Shown here piece by piece: positions 49,777 to 62,026 of a stretch of DNA of 64,000 bases. The translations under genes were made by a program, and so were the position numbers. Position 1 is the first letter of the stretch; every line of letters starts with the position of its first letter. The notes beneath the pieces were generated by a model that saw only the letters and a list, made by a program, of their open reading frames with translations, did not search any database and had not been told where the DNA came from. Source of the stretch: Octopus vulgaris (taxonomy: Eukaryota); NCBI GenBank assembly GCA_951406725.2, contig OX597838.1, forward strand, positions 13,826,001 to 13,890,000, in the 5' to 3' direction.

Positions 49777-51409
49777 CTCTATGAGGTCACTCATTCTGCT
49801 AAAAACAGCAGTCAAATTTCCATTAAATGAAAGGATCATCTCAAAGAAAAGAAGGACAGGCGTTACAGTGTAGCCCTGCCTTACATATACCATGTCTAAA
49901 TAAAGGAAATTTTTTTTGATCATAGGTGTACAGAACCAAAGCTGACCTGTGGTTAAACAACAATGACATGAAGAACAGCAGATGTCAAACACTGCAGACA
50001 GGTGTTTATAACAGTTTTCCAAGTAGAAATTATTTAAAGGTGACAAATTAAATGCTGCTGCTGCTACTGCTACTACTACTATTACTACTGTCTAATTTTG
50101 GCACAAGGTCAGCAATTTTGAGAGAAGTGGGCAAGATATTACATCATCTCTAGTTTTTTATTTATGTGCCCTTTTCAAGCCTAGCCAGGCTCATGGGCCC
50201 GGTTTCCCAGTTTCTGTGGCGTATGTGTTCCCCCCCAGCTGGATAGGACTCCAGTCCATCACAGCATTACCCAAGAAACAGGAAGAAAGAGTGAGAGAAA
50301 GTTGGGGCGAAAGAGTACAACAGGGGTCGCCACCACCCCCTGCCGGAGCCTTGTGGAGCTTTAGTTGTTTTCGCTCAATGAACACACACAATGCCCGGTC
50401 CGGGAGTCGAAACCGCGATCCTCAGACTGCGAGTCCGCTGCCCTAGTCACTGAGCCATTGCGCCTCCACCATCATCTCTAGTAATTAACAAGTATTATAT
50501 TTTACTGACCTCAAAAGGATGAAAGTGAAGCTAACCTTGGCGGAATTTGAACTCAGAATGTAGAGAACTGGAAGAAATACCACTTTTGTCTAATGTGATA
50601 ACAATTCCACTAGCTTACCACCTTCCACCTTCACCTTAATAAATGATAAAGGTGGCGAGCTGGCAGAAACGTTGGCACACCCAGCGAAATGCGTAGCCGT
50701 ATTTCGTCTGCCGCTACGTTCTGAGTTCAAATTCCGCCGAGGTTGACTTTGCCTTTCATCCTTTTGGGGTCGATAAATTAAGTACCAGTTACCCACTGGG
50801 GTCGATATAATCGACTTAATCTGTTTTTCTGTCCTTGTCTGTCCTCTCTGTGTTTAGCCCCTTGTGGGTAGTAAAGAAATAGATAATGGGTCATCCCACA
50901 TTGGGGACAGTTTGCTGGTTTCTCTGGCATATATATTTATTTCTTTACTACCCACAGGGGGCTAAACACAGAGGAGACAAACAAGGACAGACAAAGGGAT
51001 TAAGTCGATTCCATCGACCCCAGTGCGTAACTGGTACTTAAATTATCGACCCCGAAAGGATGAAAGGCAAAGTCGACCTCGGCGGAATTTGAACTCAGAA
51101 CGTAACGGCAGACGAAATACCGCTAAGCATTTCGCCCGGCGTGCTAACGTTTCTGCCAGCTCGCTGGCATAAATATTACTCCCTGGATAGGACGTTGGTC
51201 AGTCATAGGCTAACTCATTTTTACCAGCTGAGTGGGCTGGAGCAATGTGAAATGAAGTGTTTTGCTCAAGACCACAACACGTCGCCCGGTCCAGGAACTG
51301 AAACCACATACTTATGATCATGAGTCCAACACCCTAACCACTAAGCCACACACCTCCGCAATAAATGATAATAGCAACAACTTAATGTATTAGCATGTTG
51401 ACCACCTAC

Positions 51410-51511
51410 CTTGGTACATGGTTGTATATGTCGTATTTCTTGCCAAATGTTTGACGGTCAATATTATTATCAAGGCTGTTCCATTTAATTTTGACAGGTT
51501 CTGATGATTTT
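51410..51511 (-). CDS. NUDT9: NUDT9 exon (RKSSEPVKIKWNSLDNNIDRQTFGKKYDIYNHVPR)
   Basis: Not in the ORF track in this frame; read manually. Acceptor ttccgcag|, donor |gtaggt; 102 nt, phase 2 to 2. Resembles the NUDT9 segment KFNxxDxxVxRxS..Y....PR. Confidence 0.9.
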
Positions 51512-51669
51512 CTGCGGAAGACAATTCGAGGAAACATTGATTATTTATGGTTTCATAGTTGAGTTGTTCCACCGGATGAAGCAAGGGGAAGGAGAAACCA
51601 GCTGTGCAACCTCATCAATACACATTCACACACACACATAAACAGATGAAGACCAAAGTGTGTATGTGT

Positions 51670-51715
<46 letters not shown>

Positions 51716-52314
51716 ATATATATATATTCTCACTCAACATAAGATCAAAGAGGGAAGACTACATATACATGTACAAACACACTTTATCTCTCTCTCTCTC
51801 TCTCCACACATATCAACACACACACATGCATCACCACATGCACTTACACACACACACACACACACACAAACAGAGGAAGACCAAAGTGTGTATGCTTGTG
51901 TGTATGTGTGTGTGTGTGTCGATCGTGACCGATGCCGGACCCCCCGGCCCCTGTGCAGGTGGCACGTAAAAAGCACCCAATCCACTCACGGAGTGGTTGG
52001 CGTTAGGAAGGGCATCCAGCCGTAGAAACTCTGCCAGAATCAGACTGGAGCCTGGAGCGGCCCCTGGCTTCCCAGACCCCGGTCGAACCGTCCAACCCGT
52101 GCTAGCGCGGAAAACGGACGTTAAACGATGATGATGATGATGATGATATTCTCACTCAACGTAAGCTCAGAGAAAAAAAACTACACATACATGTACAAAC
52201 ACACTTTATCTCTCTCTCTCTCTCTCTCTCTCTTTCCACACATATCAACACACACACATGCATCACCACATGCACTCACACACACACACACACACACACA
52301 TATGCATACACCCA

Positions 52315-52664
52315 CATACTTCATTACCTGTAACAACATCACCTTGGTTTTTCATAGACAGTTTTTCCATGTGGTACACACACACACACACTCACACATG
52401 CTCTCACACACACACATGCATGCACACACACACACACATACTTCATTACCAGTAATAACATCACCTTGGTTTTTCATAGACAGTTTTTCCATGTGGTACA
52501 CACACACACACACTCACACATGCTCTCACACACACACATGCATGCACACACACACACACATACTTCATTACCAGTAATAACATCACCTTGGTTTTTCATA
52601 GACAGTTTTTCCATGTGGTACACACACACACACACTCACACATGCTCTCACACACACACATGCA

Positions 52665-52697
<33 letters not shown>

Positions 52698-52880
52698 TTC
52701 ATTACCTGTAACAACATCACCTTGGTTTTTCATAGACAGTTTTTCCATGTAGTACACACACACACACACTCACACATGCTCTCACACACACACATGCATG
52801 CACACACACACACACATACTTCATTACCAGTAACAACATCACCTTGGTTTTTCATAGACAGTTTTTCCATGTAGTACACA
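52315..52880. repeat. ~120-bp minisatellite (5 copies) with (CA)n spacers
   Basis: CATACTTCATTACC..AACATCACCTTGGTTTTTCATAGACAGTTTTTCCATGT is repeated. Confidence 0.92.
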
Positions 52881-53288
52881 CACACACGCATGCACACACG
52901 CTCACACTCACACACACACACACACACATACACACACACTTTCCACATGAAGCAAAGACATGCACAAACAGAAGTATTTATATACAACAAGGATGAAATA
53001 AATAAATTAAATAACAAGAGTGTCTTAATTAGGCATGGAAAAGTGCAGATGACTGAAAGGAGAGTTGGGGGATGTGTAGTGGGAGTACTGGAAGGAAGGT
53101 CAGCGATACTGTTTGGACATATAAATAGACTTTGAGAGTACAGGTGACTGAATTCTAAGTGGTGTGGTGAGCAGGGGAGTTAGGAGGTCAGCAAGAGTGT
53201 GGTGTATCTGCGACCTTGTGTAAATATATTCCACAGGGAAGGAAGATCTTGTTCTGCAGGTAGCCACTTAATTTTCAAATATCCTCAT

Positions 53289-53540
53289 CAGTGGTTCCCA
53301 AAGTGGGCAATACTGCTCCCCTGGGGACAGTGAAAAGATTGGAGGGGAGCGTTGAAGAAAAGTGGGGCAATAATAGTGTTGCCAAAAGGGGGCAATGGAT
53401 GTGGAAACAACAAAATAATGGGTTGATTAGGTTAAGTTTTACTTGTGAGTTTGCCTCAAGAAGTGGTCTGTGTGGTGGCGACTAGAAATGTGGCCCAGGT
53501 GCCAAGGGAATAGCAACCCAAAAGTGTTTAGGAACCACTG
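53289..53540. mobile_element. Older hAT-like MITE
   Basis: CAGTGGTTCCCAAA / TTTAGGAACCACTG termini; TSD not preserved. Confidence 0.6.
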
Positions 53541-53789
53541 ATCTAACTGGTTAATAAGCACCAAATGTTAGGAACAAACTTGTGTCTGTGGCCAATACAT
53601 AATAATCTTCACTTTCAATAGGCCTCAGTCCACCCAGCTATAGAATCTCAACTAGAACTCACTAACAAGAGAGCATATGTGTGGTTGGTTGACAAAAAAA
53701 AGTAGATAACTCTCTTTTAAATGACAATGTTATATCTTAACAAAAAGAGGGTATAGTTTACATAATGTGCTTCTGCTAAGGTTATCTCT

Positions 53790-54935
53790 GCAGATATCGA
53801 AGGGCCTTAGAGTCAATGTTGCAAAGACCAAAGTTCTAGTAAGTAGGAAGGCGAACACATCACACCCCCATTCAGGTAGGTGGCCCTGCTCCATCTGTAG
53901 AAAAGATGTAGGTAGAAACTCCATAAGATGTACCCAGTGTAAGCTATGGACACATAAGAGGTGCAGCAACATCAAAGAAAGATTAACTGGGAAGATAGTT
54001 TTCACATGCAGCAGATGCACAGGGGCAATAGACACCACAGATGCTCAGAAAACAGACTCCATCACATGCTAGGAGGAGAAACTAGAAGTAGTTGATGGCT
54101 TCTGCTACCTAGGTGACCAGGTCTGTAGTGGGGGTGGATGTTCAGAGTGTGTTACCACTAGAATAAGAATAGCTTTGGGCAAAGTTCAGGAGGAAGCTTC
54201 TACCCCTACTGATAACAAAGGGCCTCTCGTTCAGAGTGAAAGGTAGATTGTATGATGCATGTGTGCGAATTGCCATGCTTCATGGCAGTGAAACATGGGT
54301 CGTGGCTAATGAAGACATGCGTAGGCTCGAAAGGAATGAAGCTAGCATGATCCGCTGGATGTGTAATGTCAGTGCGTACACACGTCAGAGTGTAAGCGCC
54401 CCGAGAGAAATGTTAGACATAAGAAGCATCGGATGTGGCATGCAAGAAAGATGTTTGCATTGGTATGGTCATGTACTGTGGATGGATGAGGAGAGATGTG
54501 TAAAGAAGTGTCACTCCCAAACAGTGGAAGGAATCTGGAGTAGATGGAGACCCAGGAAGACATGGGATGAGGTAGTGGTGAAGCATGACTTTTGAATGTT
54601 GGACCTCACAGAGGCAATGACAAAAGACCGAGGCCTCTGGGGGTATGCTGTGACTGAGAAGACCCAGCAAATAAAGTGAGTCCACAGCTGTAACCTACAC
54701 TAGTGTTGCATAACCAGCCCACTCAAAAGTACCTTGGATCATAGGGCAATATGCTGTGCTTAAGGAGACCTATTGAGTCAAATACATCAACATCAACAGC
54801 AATATCAAAATCAAATCAAATGGAAATTGTAGTTGTGACCCCCGTGCCAGTAGCATGTAAAAAGCACCATCCAAACGTGGCCGATGCCAATGCCACTTTG
54901 ACTGACTTCTGTGCAGGTGGCACGTAAAAAGTACA
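53790..54935 (+). mobile_element. RTE-clade LINE fragment with a Cys/His finger inside the RT region, followed by its 3' UTR
   Basis: KGLRVNVAKTKV, WPCSIC..C..C..W.H..C..C..C, FCYLG, RLYDACVR.AMLHGSETW and RPRKTW; runs into GCACGTAAAAAG modules. Confidence 0.88.
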
Positions 54936-55227
54936 CTAAACAAACAATTGATTAGTTGGTTGGTTCGATATTTAACCAATTGACTAACAATAATGAAGTG
55001 ATATTGAACCAGTGTGTGTGTGTATTATTGTTATTAGTGTAATGACACTCCCAAGACAACAAGGTTTGTTTCAACTCACAAATTCACATCAAGAATTTCG
55101 CAAACCAAATAGAAAAACAAAATAAATCACAAAATAACTTGGCAGGAAAAAAAACCAGCAAAAACCCCCACCCCCATCTCAACCAAGAAAAAAACATCTC
55201 AACGAAAAAAAAAAAAAATTAATTTAC

Positions 55228-55487
55228 CTGATATCAGGATCGGCCCAGGGGGGCTGTTGTAAGACAGATTCAGCTGTATAATCAACAGGCTGGTACTCCT
55301 TGTACTCAACATCCCAGCTGACTTTGTCATCGGGGACATCAAATCGATAGATGTCTTTGGTTCGAGGGTAGAGACCACCACGACAGTTCGTATGCATCTT
55401 TATGGAAATCTTGTAGCTAACTCGCAAAGGCTTGAGCAGTTTTGAGGTATTGATTCCCATGTAAACTGCAACTGTAGAAGGCGGGAT
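55228..55487 (-). CDS. NUDT9: NUDT9 exon (IPPSTVAVYMG...MHTNCRGGLYPRTKDIYRFDVPDDKVSWDVEYKEYQPVDYTAESVLQQPPWADPDI)
   Basis: Acceptor ctacacag|, donor |gtaaat; 260 nt, phase 0 to 2. The HxxCR..YP..RF.VP.DKVSW..Y.PV.YTA..WADP motifs match the NUDT9 N-terminal domain. Confidence 0.93.
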
Positions 55488-57807
55488 CTGTGTAGGGAGG
55501 GGAGAGGGAGAGAAAGAGAGAGAGAGAAAGAGAGAGAGAGAGAGTATAGGTGGATGGGATGAAGAGGAAGTAAGGTAGTAGCAGAGGGGCAAAGAGGAAG
55601 AGGTAGAGGAATGAAGAAGGAAATGGGAGGGAGAGGAAGAGGAAGAAAAATAATAAGAATAATTAAACAATTAATTAAATATGTAGATAATTATATGGAA
55701 TGAGAAAAATGAAGCAATAATACAGAAAAGAACTTACAGTATTAGGACGAATAGGAGAAACAAACACACACACAAAATAACACAAAAAAAAAGTAGACAG
55801 ATAAACAGTAACAAAGTCATACACACTCATCACAAATTTTTGGAGTTTTCTCCTCCCCAATCCCTGGCCCAAGCTTTCACTGTTGTTTCTGTACCCATTG
55901 CCTCGTTAACATATCACACTTCTTTCTCACCCACTTCCAATCTCCCAGCTAAACTGACATCAAGAGCCTTGCCCAAAAAAAAAAAATTTGGTACCATCTG
56001 AGACAGCTAAGTAGATGACCAAACAACTTACTTACCTATTTCTTTACTACCCACAAGGGGCTAAACACAGAGGGGACAAACAAGGATGAAAGGCAAAGTC
56101 GACCTCGGTGGAATTTTGAACTCAGAACGTAACGGCAGACGAAATGTGGCTACGCATTTCGCCCGGCGTGCTAACGTTTCTGCCAGTTCGCCGCCTTTAA
56201 ATACAGCATATGATGAGTAGTGAACAAGAAGTATGGGTGAGTAGCTGGTACTTTGTCAGTTATGATGATGAGTGTTCCAGTTAAGCCAATCAACGGAGCA
56301 GCCTGCTTATGAAATTAACATGCAAGTGGTTGAGTACTGCACAAGCACAAGTCCCATAATGTAGCTCTTGGAGAGTGGACTGGAGCAATGTGAAATAAAG
56401 TGTCTTGCTCAAGGACACAACGTTAGTACTGAATAAAGTGGCTGGGTGCTTAGCAAGTGAAGGGGCAATAATTTTGGTTGCTAAAGTATAGGTGTGAGAA
56501 TCCCCAAAAATAAGCTGTATTTGAAGGCGGTGAGCTGGCAGAACTGTTAGCACGCCGGGCGAAATGCATAGCCGTATTTCGACTGCCGTTACGTTCTGAG
56601 TTCAAATTCCACCGAGGTCGACTTTGCCTTTCATCCTTTCGAGGTTGATAAATTAAGTACTAGTTACACACTGGGGTCGATGTAATCGACTTAATCCGTT
56701 TGTCTGTCCTTGTTTGTCCCCTCTATGTTTAGCCCCTTTGTGGGCAGTAAAGAAACACATATGCTGTATTTCACGACTCATCCAGCCTCTTCATTCACAA
56801 TTAACCCTCTCCCCTCCTTTGTTACTCACCCTAACTCTTTCATTGTCACCCACACTTCCTCACTTTTCTTTTCTACCTTTACCACAATAGCTTGCGTTTC
56901 TCTCAAGCAGCTGGTTGCATTCTATCTCTACCCAAACCTACTTGGAACACTCGGCTCTCTGCTTCCTGTTCCTCCACCCTAACCTAATACTAAACACATT
57001 ACTTTCTTTTCTGAGCATCAGAGCATGAAATTTGTGCATTTATCTCCCCCTGCCAATGTATTTTTTTGTCCCTGCAGACATTGCTATAAGTCATTGATTT
57101 GAAAACGGAAAACCAACCCATCAATGTTATAGCCCTGGGAGAAGCTTATGCCAACTACTTCATAAAACACAAATGCACAAACACATAAACACACAAACAG
57201 ACAATTAATTACACACCAAATACATATATACACAAACATGCGCATACACTTACATACTAATGCACATAAGCACCCACATACACACACACACCGAGATTCT
57301 TTTATTCTTTTATTTGTTTCAGTCATTTGACTGTGGCCACGCTGGAGCACCGCCTTTAGTCGAGCAAATTGACTTCAGGACTTATTCTTTGTAAGCCCAG
57401 TACTTATTCTATTAGCCTCTTTGCCGAACCGCTAAGTTATGGGGACGTAAACACACCAGCATCGGTTGTCAATTGATGGGGGGGGGGGAGCAAACACAGA
57501 CACACAAACATACACACACACACATATACGATGGGCTTCTTTCAGTTTCCGTCTACCAAACCCACTCACAAGTCTTTGGTCAGCCCGAGACTATAGTAGA
57601 AGACACTTGCCCAAGGTGCCATGCAGTGGGACTGAACCTGGAACCACGTGGTTGGTAAGCCAGCTACTTAACACACAGCCACGCCTGCACCTAACATATG
57701 CATAACCACACACTAACATCACTTACATAAAAATATAAACACAGGTACACACATCCATTCCCTATACATACTGACCTGCAGATGTTTGATCTAAACACCA
57801 ACAACTT

Positions 57808-58431
57808 AATGGAGAAGTTCTTAAGCAGATCAGGCCAAAAATGTTGCTAGAAGCTGGGATCACCAAGCATAGATTGGCATATTTCAGTCATATTATGCGG
57901 AGAAAATCCCTGGAGAAGGACATCATGCTCAGAATGGTCAGTGGCAAGAGAGAAAGAGGCCGACCAATGGAAAAGTTCTTAAGCAGATCAGGCCGAAAAT
58001 GTTGCTAGAAGCTAGGATCACCAAGCATAGATTGGCATATTTCGGTCATATTATGCGGAGAAAATCCCTGGAGAAGGACATCATGCTCAGAATGGTCAGT
58101 GGCAAGAGAGAAAGAGTCCGACCAATGGAAAAGTTCTTAAGCAGATCAGGCCGAAAATGTTGCTAGAAGCTAGGATCACCAAGCATAGATTGGCATATTT
58201 CTGTCATATTATGCGGAGAAAATCCCTGGAGAAGGATATCATGCTCGGAATGGTCAGTGGCAAGAGAAGAAGAGGCCGACCAAGAACCCGCTGGCTTGAC
58301 ACCATCAGGAGTGATACCGGAATGGACATAGCCAATCTGAAAGAAGCGGCCCGGGATAGAACTGACTGGAGGACACTGATCCAACGAGTAACCGAGAGTC
58401 GACTTCGACTGAGCGGATAGATAGATAGATA
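57808..58431 (+). mobile_element. RTE (BovB-like) LINE 3' end with a triplicated 158-bp segment and (ATAG)n tail
   Basis: LAYF.HIMRR.SLEKDIMLGMV.GKRRRGRPRTRWLD..W..RVTESR.RL; units start at 57808, 57966 and 58124. Confidence 0.9.
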
Positions 58432-58590
58432 AACCACATACTTCTGCCGCTACTCTCATTACCAATGCCACTTCTACAAACACCACTGACACCAGATCCC
58501 ACTTTCACCACCAACACCCTCACCCAAAGTTAGGAAAAGGAAAAGAAAGAAAGGACAAAAAAAAACAATGTAAAAAAAAAAAAACTATAC

Positions 58591-58748
58591 CTGGTAAAGT
58601 TGCTCAGCTGATGACGTCCCCACAGAGGGGAAAGTTCGGCTGATTGGTGTGTAAGAGATGAAGAGAAGGATGATAGAACCGGTAAGGAGGAGGAAGACCA
58701 AAATTGAGAGTTGTGAAGTTTTGTTACTAGTTATTACATCAGTGACTT
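58591..58748 (-). CDS. NUDT9: NUDT9-like gene, 5'-most detected exon (EVTDVITSNKTSQLSILVFLLLTGSIILLFISY...AEQLYQ); coding status uncertain
   Basis: Acceptor tctttcag| and donor |gtatag. Open frame ending in phase 0 joins in frame to the next exon (IPPSTV). No in-frame ATG in this exon, so it needs an upstream exon or is 5' UTR. Confidence 0.55.
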
Positions 58749-61679
58749 CTGAAAGAGACAAACAGACAGACATAAAAGGATAAGAATGGCTTGAGAAATT
58801 GGTTCAGTTTGATTGGTTGTTGTAGTGTCATTGTTGTTTAAGCCCCAGGTGAGAAGTGATCCAGTAATCATCATCATCATCATCATCATCGTTTAACGTC
58901 CGTTCTCCATGCTAGCATGGGTTGGATGATTCAACTGGGGTCTGGGAAGCCAGAAGGCTGCGCCAGGCCCAGTCTGATCTGGCAGTGTTTCTACAGCTGG
59001 ATGCCCTTCCTAACGCCAACCACTCCGTGAGTGTAACCTTATTATCAAAAATGTTCCAGCCATGCCCAGCCCATCTTTAAAACAACATTGATCTGGTGTA
59101 GTGTTGCTGTTGTTAAGTCCCTGGTGAAAACTGATCCAGTAACCCTATTATCAAAAGTGTTCTTGTCATGACCATCCCATCTTAAAAATAACATTAACTA
59201 GGTGAGGTGCCAAAGCACACCTTCCAGCTATGACCATCCATATGATTTCTGCACTTTCCACATTTCTGTAGGGTGAGTGTATTTATTCTAAAAGCCAAAG
59301 GAGTGGGGTGATATAAAAAAGTGAAATTTTGAAAAAACTTGGGTTGTTATATCTAGCTTACCAAGCAACCACATTGTGGTCGTTCTTCATTTCATCTGCT
59401 CATTCAACGGGCATTCACACATGCAAGGTGGGTATTGTTATTTTGATATGTTGTGTGAATAGAAAAAAATGGTTTTCAGAGATTTGTCTGTTATTCATAG
59501 CATGTTAAGCAACCATATTCAAAGCACCCTGCTTTTCATCTGCAAGTTCCACCAGCATCCATTTAGCATTCAGATTATTTTGTTAAACGTGATGCTTAGT
59601 TGTTCACATTGTTTTGAATTAATCATGATTTATTTTGTAGCTTTAACTGTTTGATGATATGATTGTTTATTTTTAGAAGAACATTAAAGGGTAGGTGTCA
59701 GGAGACAGCAGGTAGAATATTTTGGCCAGATTTGGCTGGTTTGAAAACAATCAGAATGGTGATAAGGGGGGTAAGAGGTATTCTGAAAAGTGAAGAGAGA
59801 GTGAGAGGAGGATCATCATCATCATCATCATCGTTTAACGTCCGTTCTCCATGCTAGCATGGGTTGGACAGTTCAACCGGGGATCTGGGAAGCCAGAAGG
59901 CTGCACCAGGCTCCAGTCTGATCTGGCAGTGTTTCTACAGCTGGATGCCCTTCCTAATGCCAACCACTCCGAGAGTGTAGTGGGTGCTTTTTACGTGTCA
60001 CCGGCACAGGGATTATTTTTTAAAATTGTAATTTCAAAGATAAATACTTTTTTTCACTATCATAATTTCTATGTTATTTCCACATACAATTTCCAAGATA
60101 TTTTCAGAAAAATTGGAAAACCAAAACATTTGCATGTGGGGAAGTTATTTAAAACTTTGGAAAGCTATTTTGAGGGCAAATCATAATCTCCTTTCTTTGG
60201 TGAGATCATAAGTTTTCTACACTTAGATGCCTAACCCATCCTATTTTCTTCATCTGCTTCCAAGCAAAGTAATATTTTCCCATAACTAGACATGTCTGTC
60301 ATGGATGACTGGAAACCAAGTCTTGCTTGTATGACAATGACACCCATTTGAAATCTTCAGATGAGATCTAAACAAGGGCACATACCCATCTACCCTTCTT
60401 GATATTCTGTTCCTATGCTTTTTATTCATTCTTGTACCTTGAGGGTATCCTCTGACACTTCATCACCACCATCTTTATCTCTCTTTCTGGCTCCACACTA
60501 TTCACCCCCATCCACCCCTAAATAAATGTACAGTCAAGTTATCTCCTCTAACCTGTTCCTGAGCCTCCTATTTCTTTACTGCCCACAAGGGGCTAAACAC
60601 AGAGGCGACAAACAAGGACAGACAAACGGATTAAGTTGATTACATCGACCCCAGTGTGTAACTGGTACTTAATTTATCGACCCCGAAAGGATGAAAGGTA
60701 AAGTCAACCTTGGTGGAATTTGAACTCAGAACGTCCGAAATACCTATTTCTTTACTACCCACAAGGGGATAAACACAGAGGGGACAAACAAGGACAGACA
60801 AAGGGATTAAGTCGATTACATCGACCCCAGTGCGTAACTGGTACTTAATTTATCGACCCCGAAAGGATGAAAGGCAAAGTCAACCTCGGCGGAATTTGAA
60901 CTCAGAACGTAGCAGTAGACGAATAACCGCTAAGCATCTCGCCCGGCGTGCTAACGTTTCTGCCAGCTCACCGCCTTTCCTGAGCCTCCTATCATACAAT
61001 ATGAAACCTCTCATCACCTAGCATAAAGGCACTTTCTTCTCTATTATGCTATCTCTAAGTTAAGGGAGCTCTATAGCCTTGCAAGTTACGTGATAACCTC
61101 CCTAGTACTGGTGCCTCCAAACACATAAAAAAGCTACCCTATACACTTTGTAAAGTTGTTGGCATTAGGAAGAGAATTCTGTTGCAGAAACCATGTCAAA
61201 ACAGAGAACTGGAGCCAAATCTAGCACACTGGTCGATGTCAACATGGGACCCTCCTAGCCAGTGAATGACAAGAGAGCAGGATTTTCATGAAAGAGCAAA
61301 TATGCTTGACTAGGACTACACCTGGCAACGCCGGGTCACAGTGCTAGTAAGACAATCAAATTGTGAACTACACAGACCAGCAGATAGGCAGAGAGTCTGT
61401 CTACAGTGAAAGTCCTGCTGCTATATTCCCAACAATAAATATAAATTCTTTGTAATCCAGAGATAATCTTACAGCAGGTCCTATGTTATAAATTACCCAC
61501 CCCCACACCCCAACATATTACCCAGGTCTTCCCATAGCCAGCCAGTCTTCCATTCAACTGCTGTCAACTGCTATATCTCAAACAGCTGGGTAGATTTAAT
61601 GAATTATAAACTTAGTTACCACCATTTAATCCAGTAACCATCTATTGTAATCCACCTGTATTTACTATATACATACATA

Positions 61680-61719
61680 CATATGTATGTATGTGTTTAA
61701 TCACTCACACACACACATA

Positions 61720-61767
<48 letters not shown>

Positions 61768-62026
61768 CACACATGTATGTATATATACTCACACATATAC
61801 ATATATATATATATACATATACATATATACATATATACATACACATACATATACATATGTACATATATACACACACACACATATATATACATATATATAG
61901 ACACACACATATATATATACATATATACACACACACATATATATATACATATATACACACACACACACACACACCTATATATATACACACACACATATAT
62001 ATATACACACACATATATATACACAC
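61680..62026. repeat. (TA)/(CA) compound microsatellite
   Basis: Direct reading. Similar tracts at 5670-6070, 22722-22898 and 39812-40008. Confidence 0.95.
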
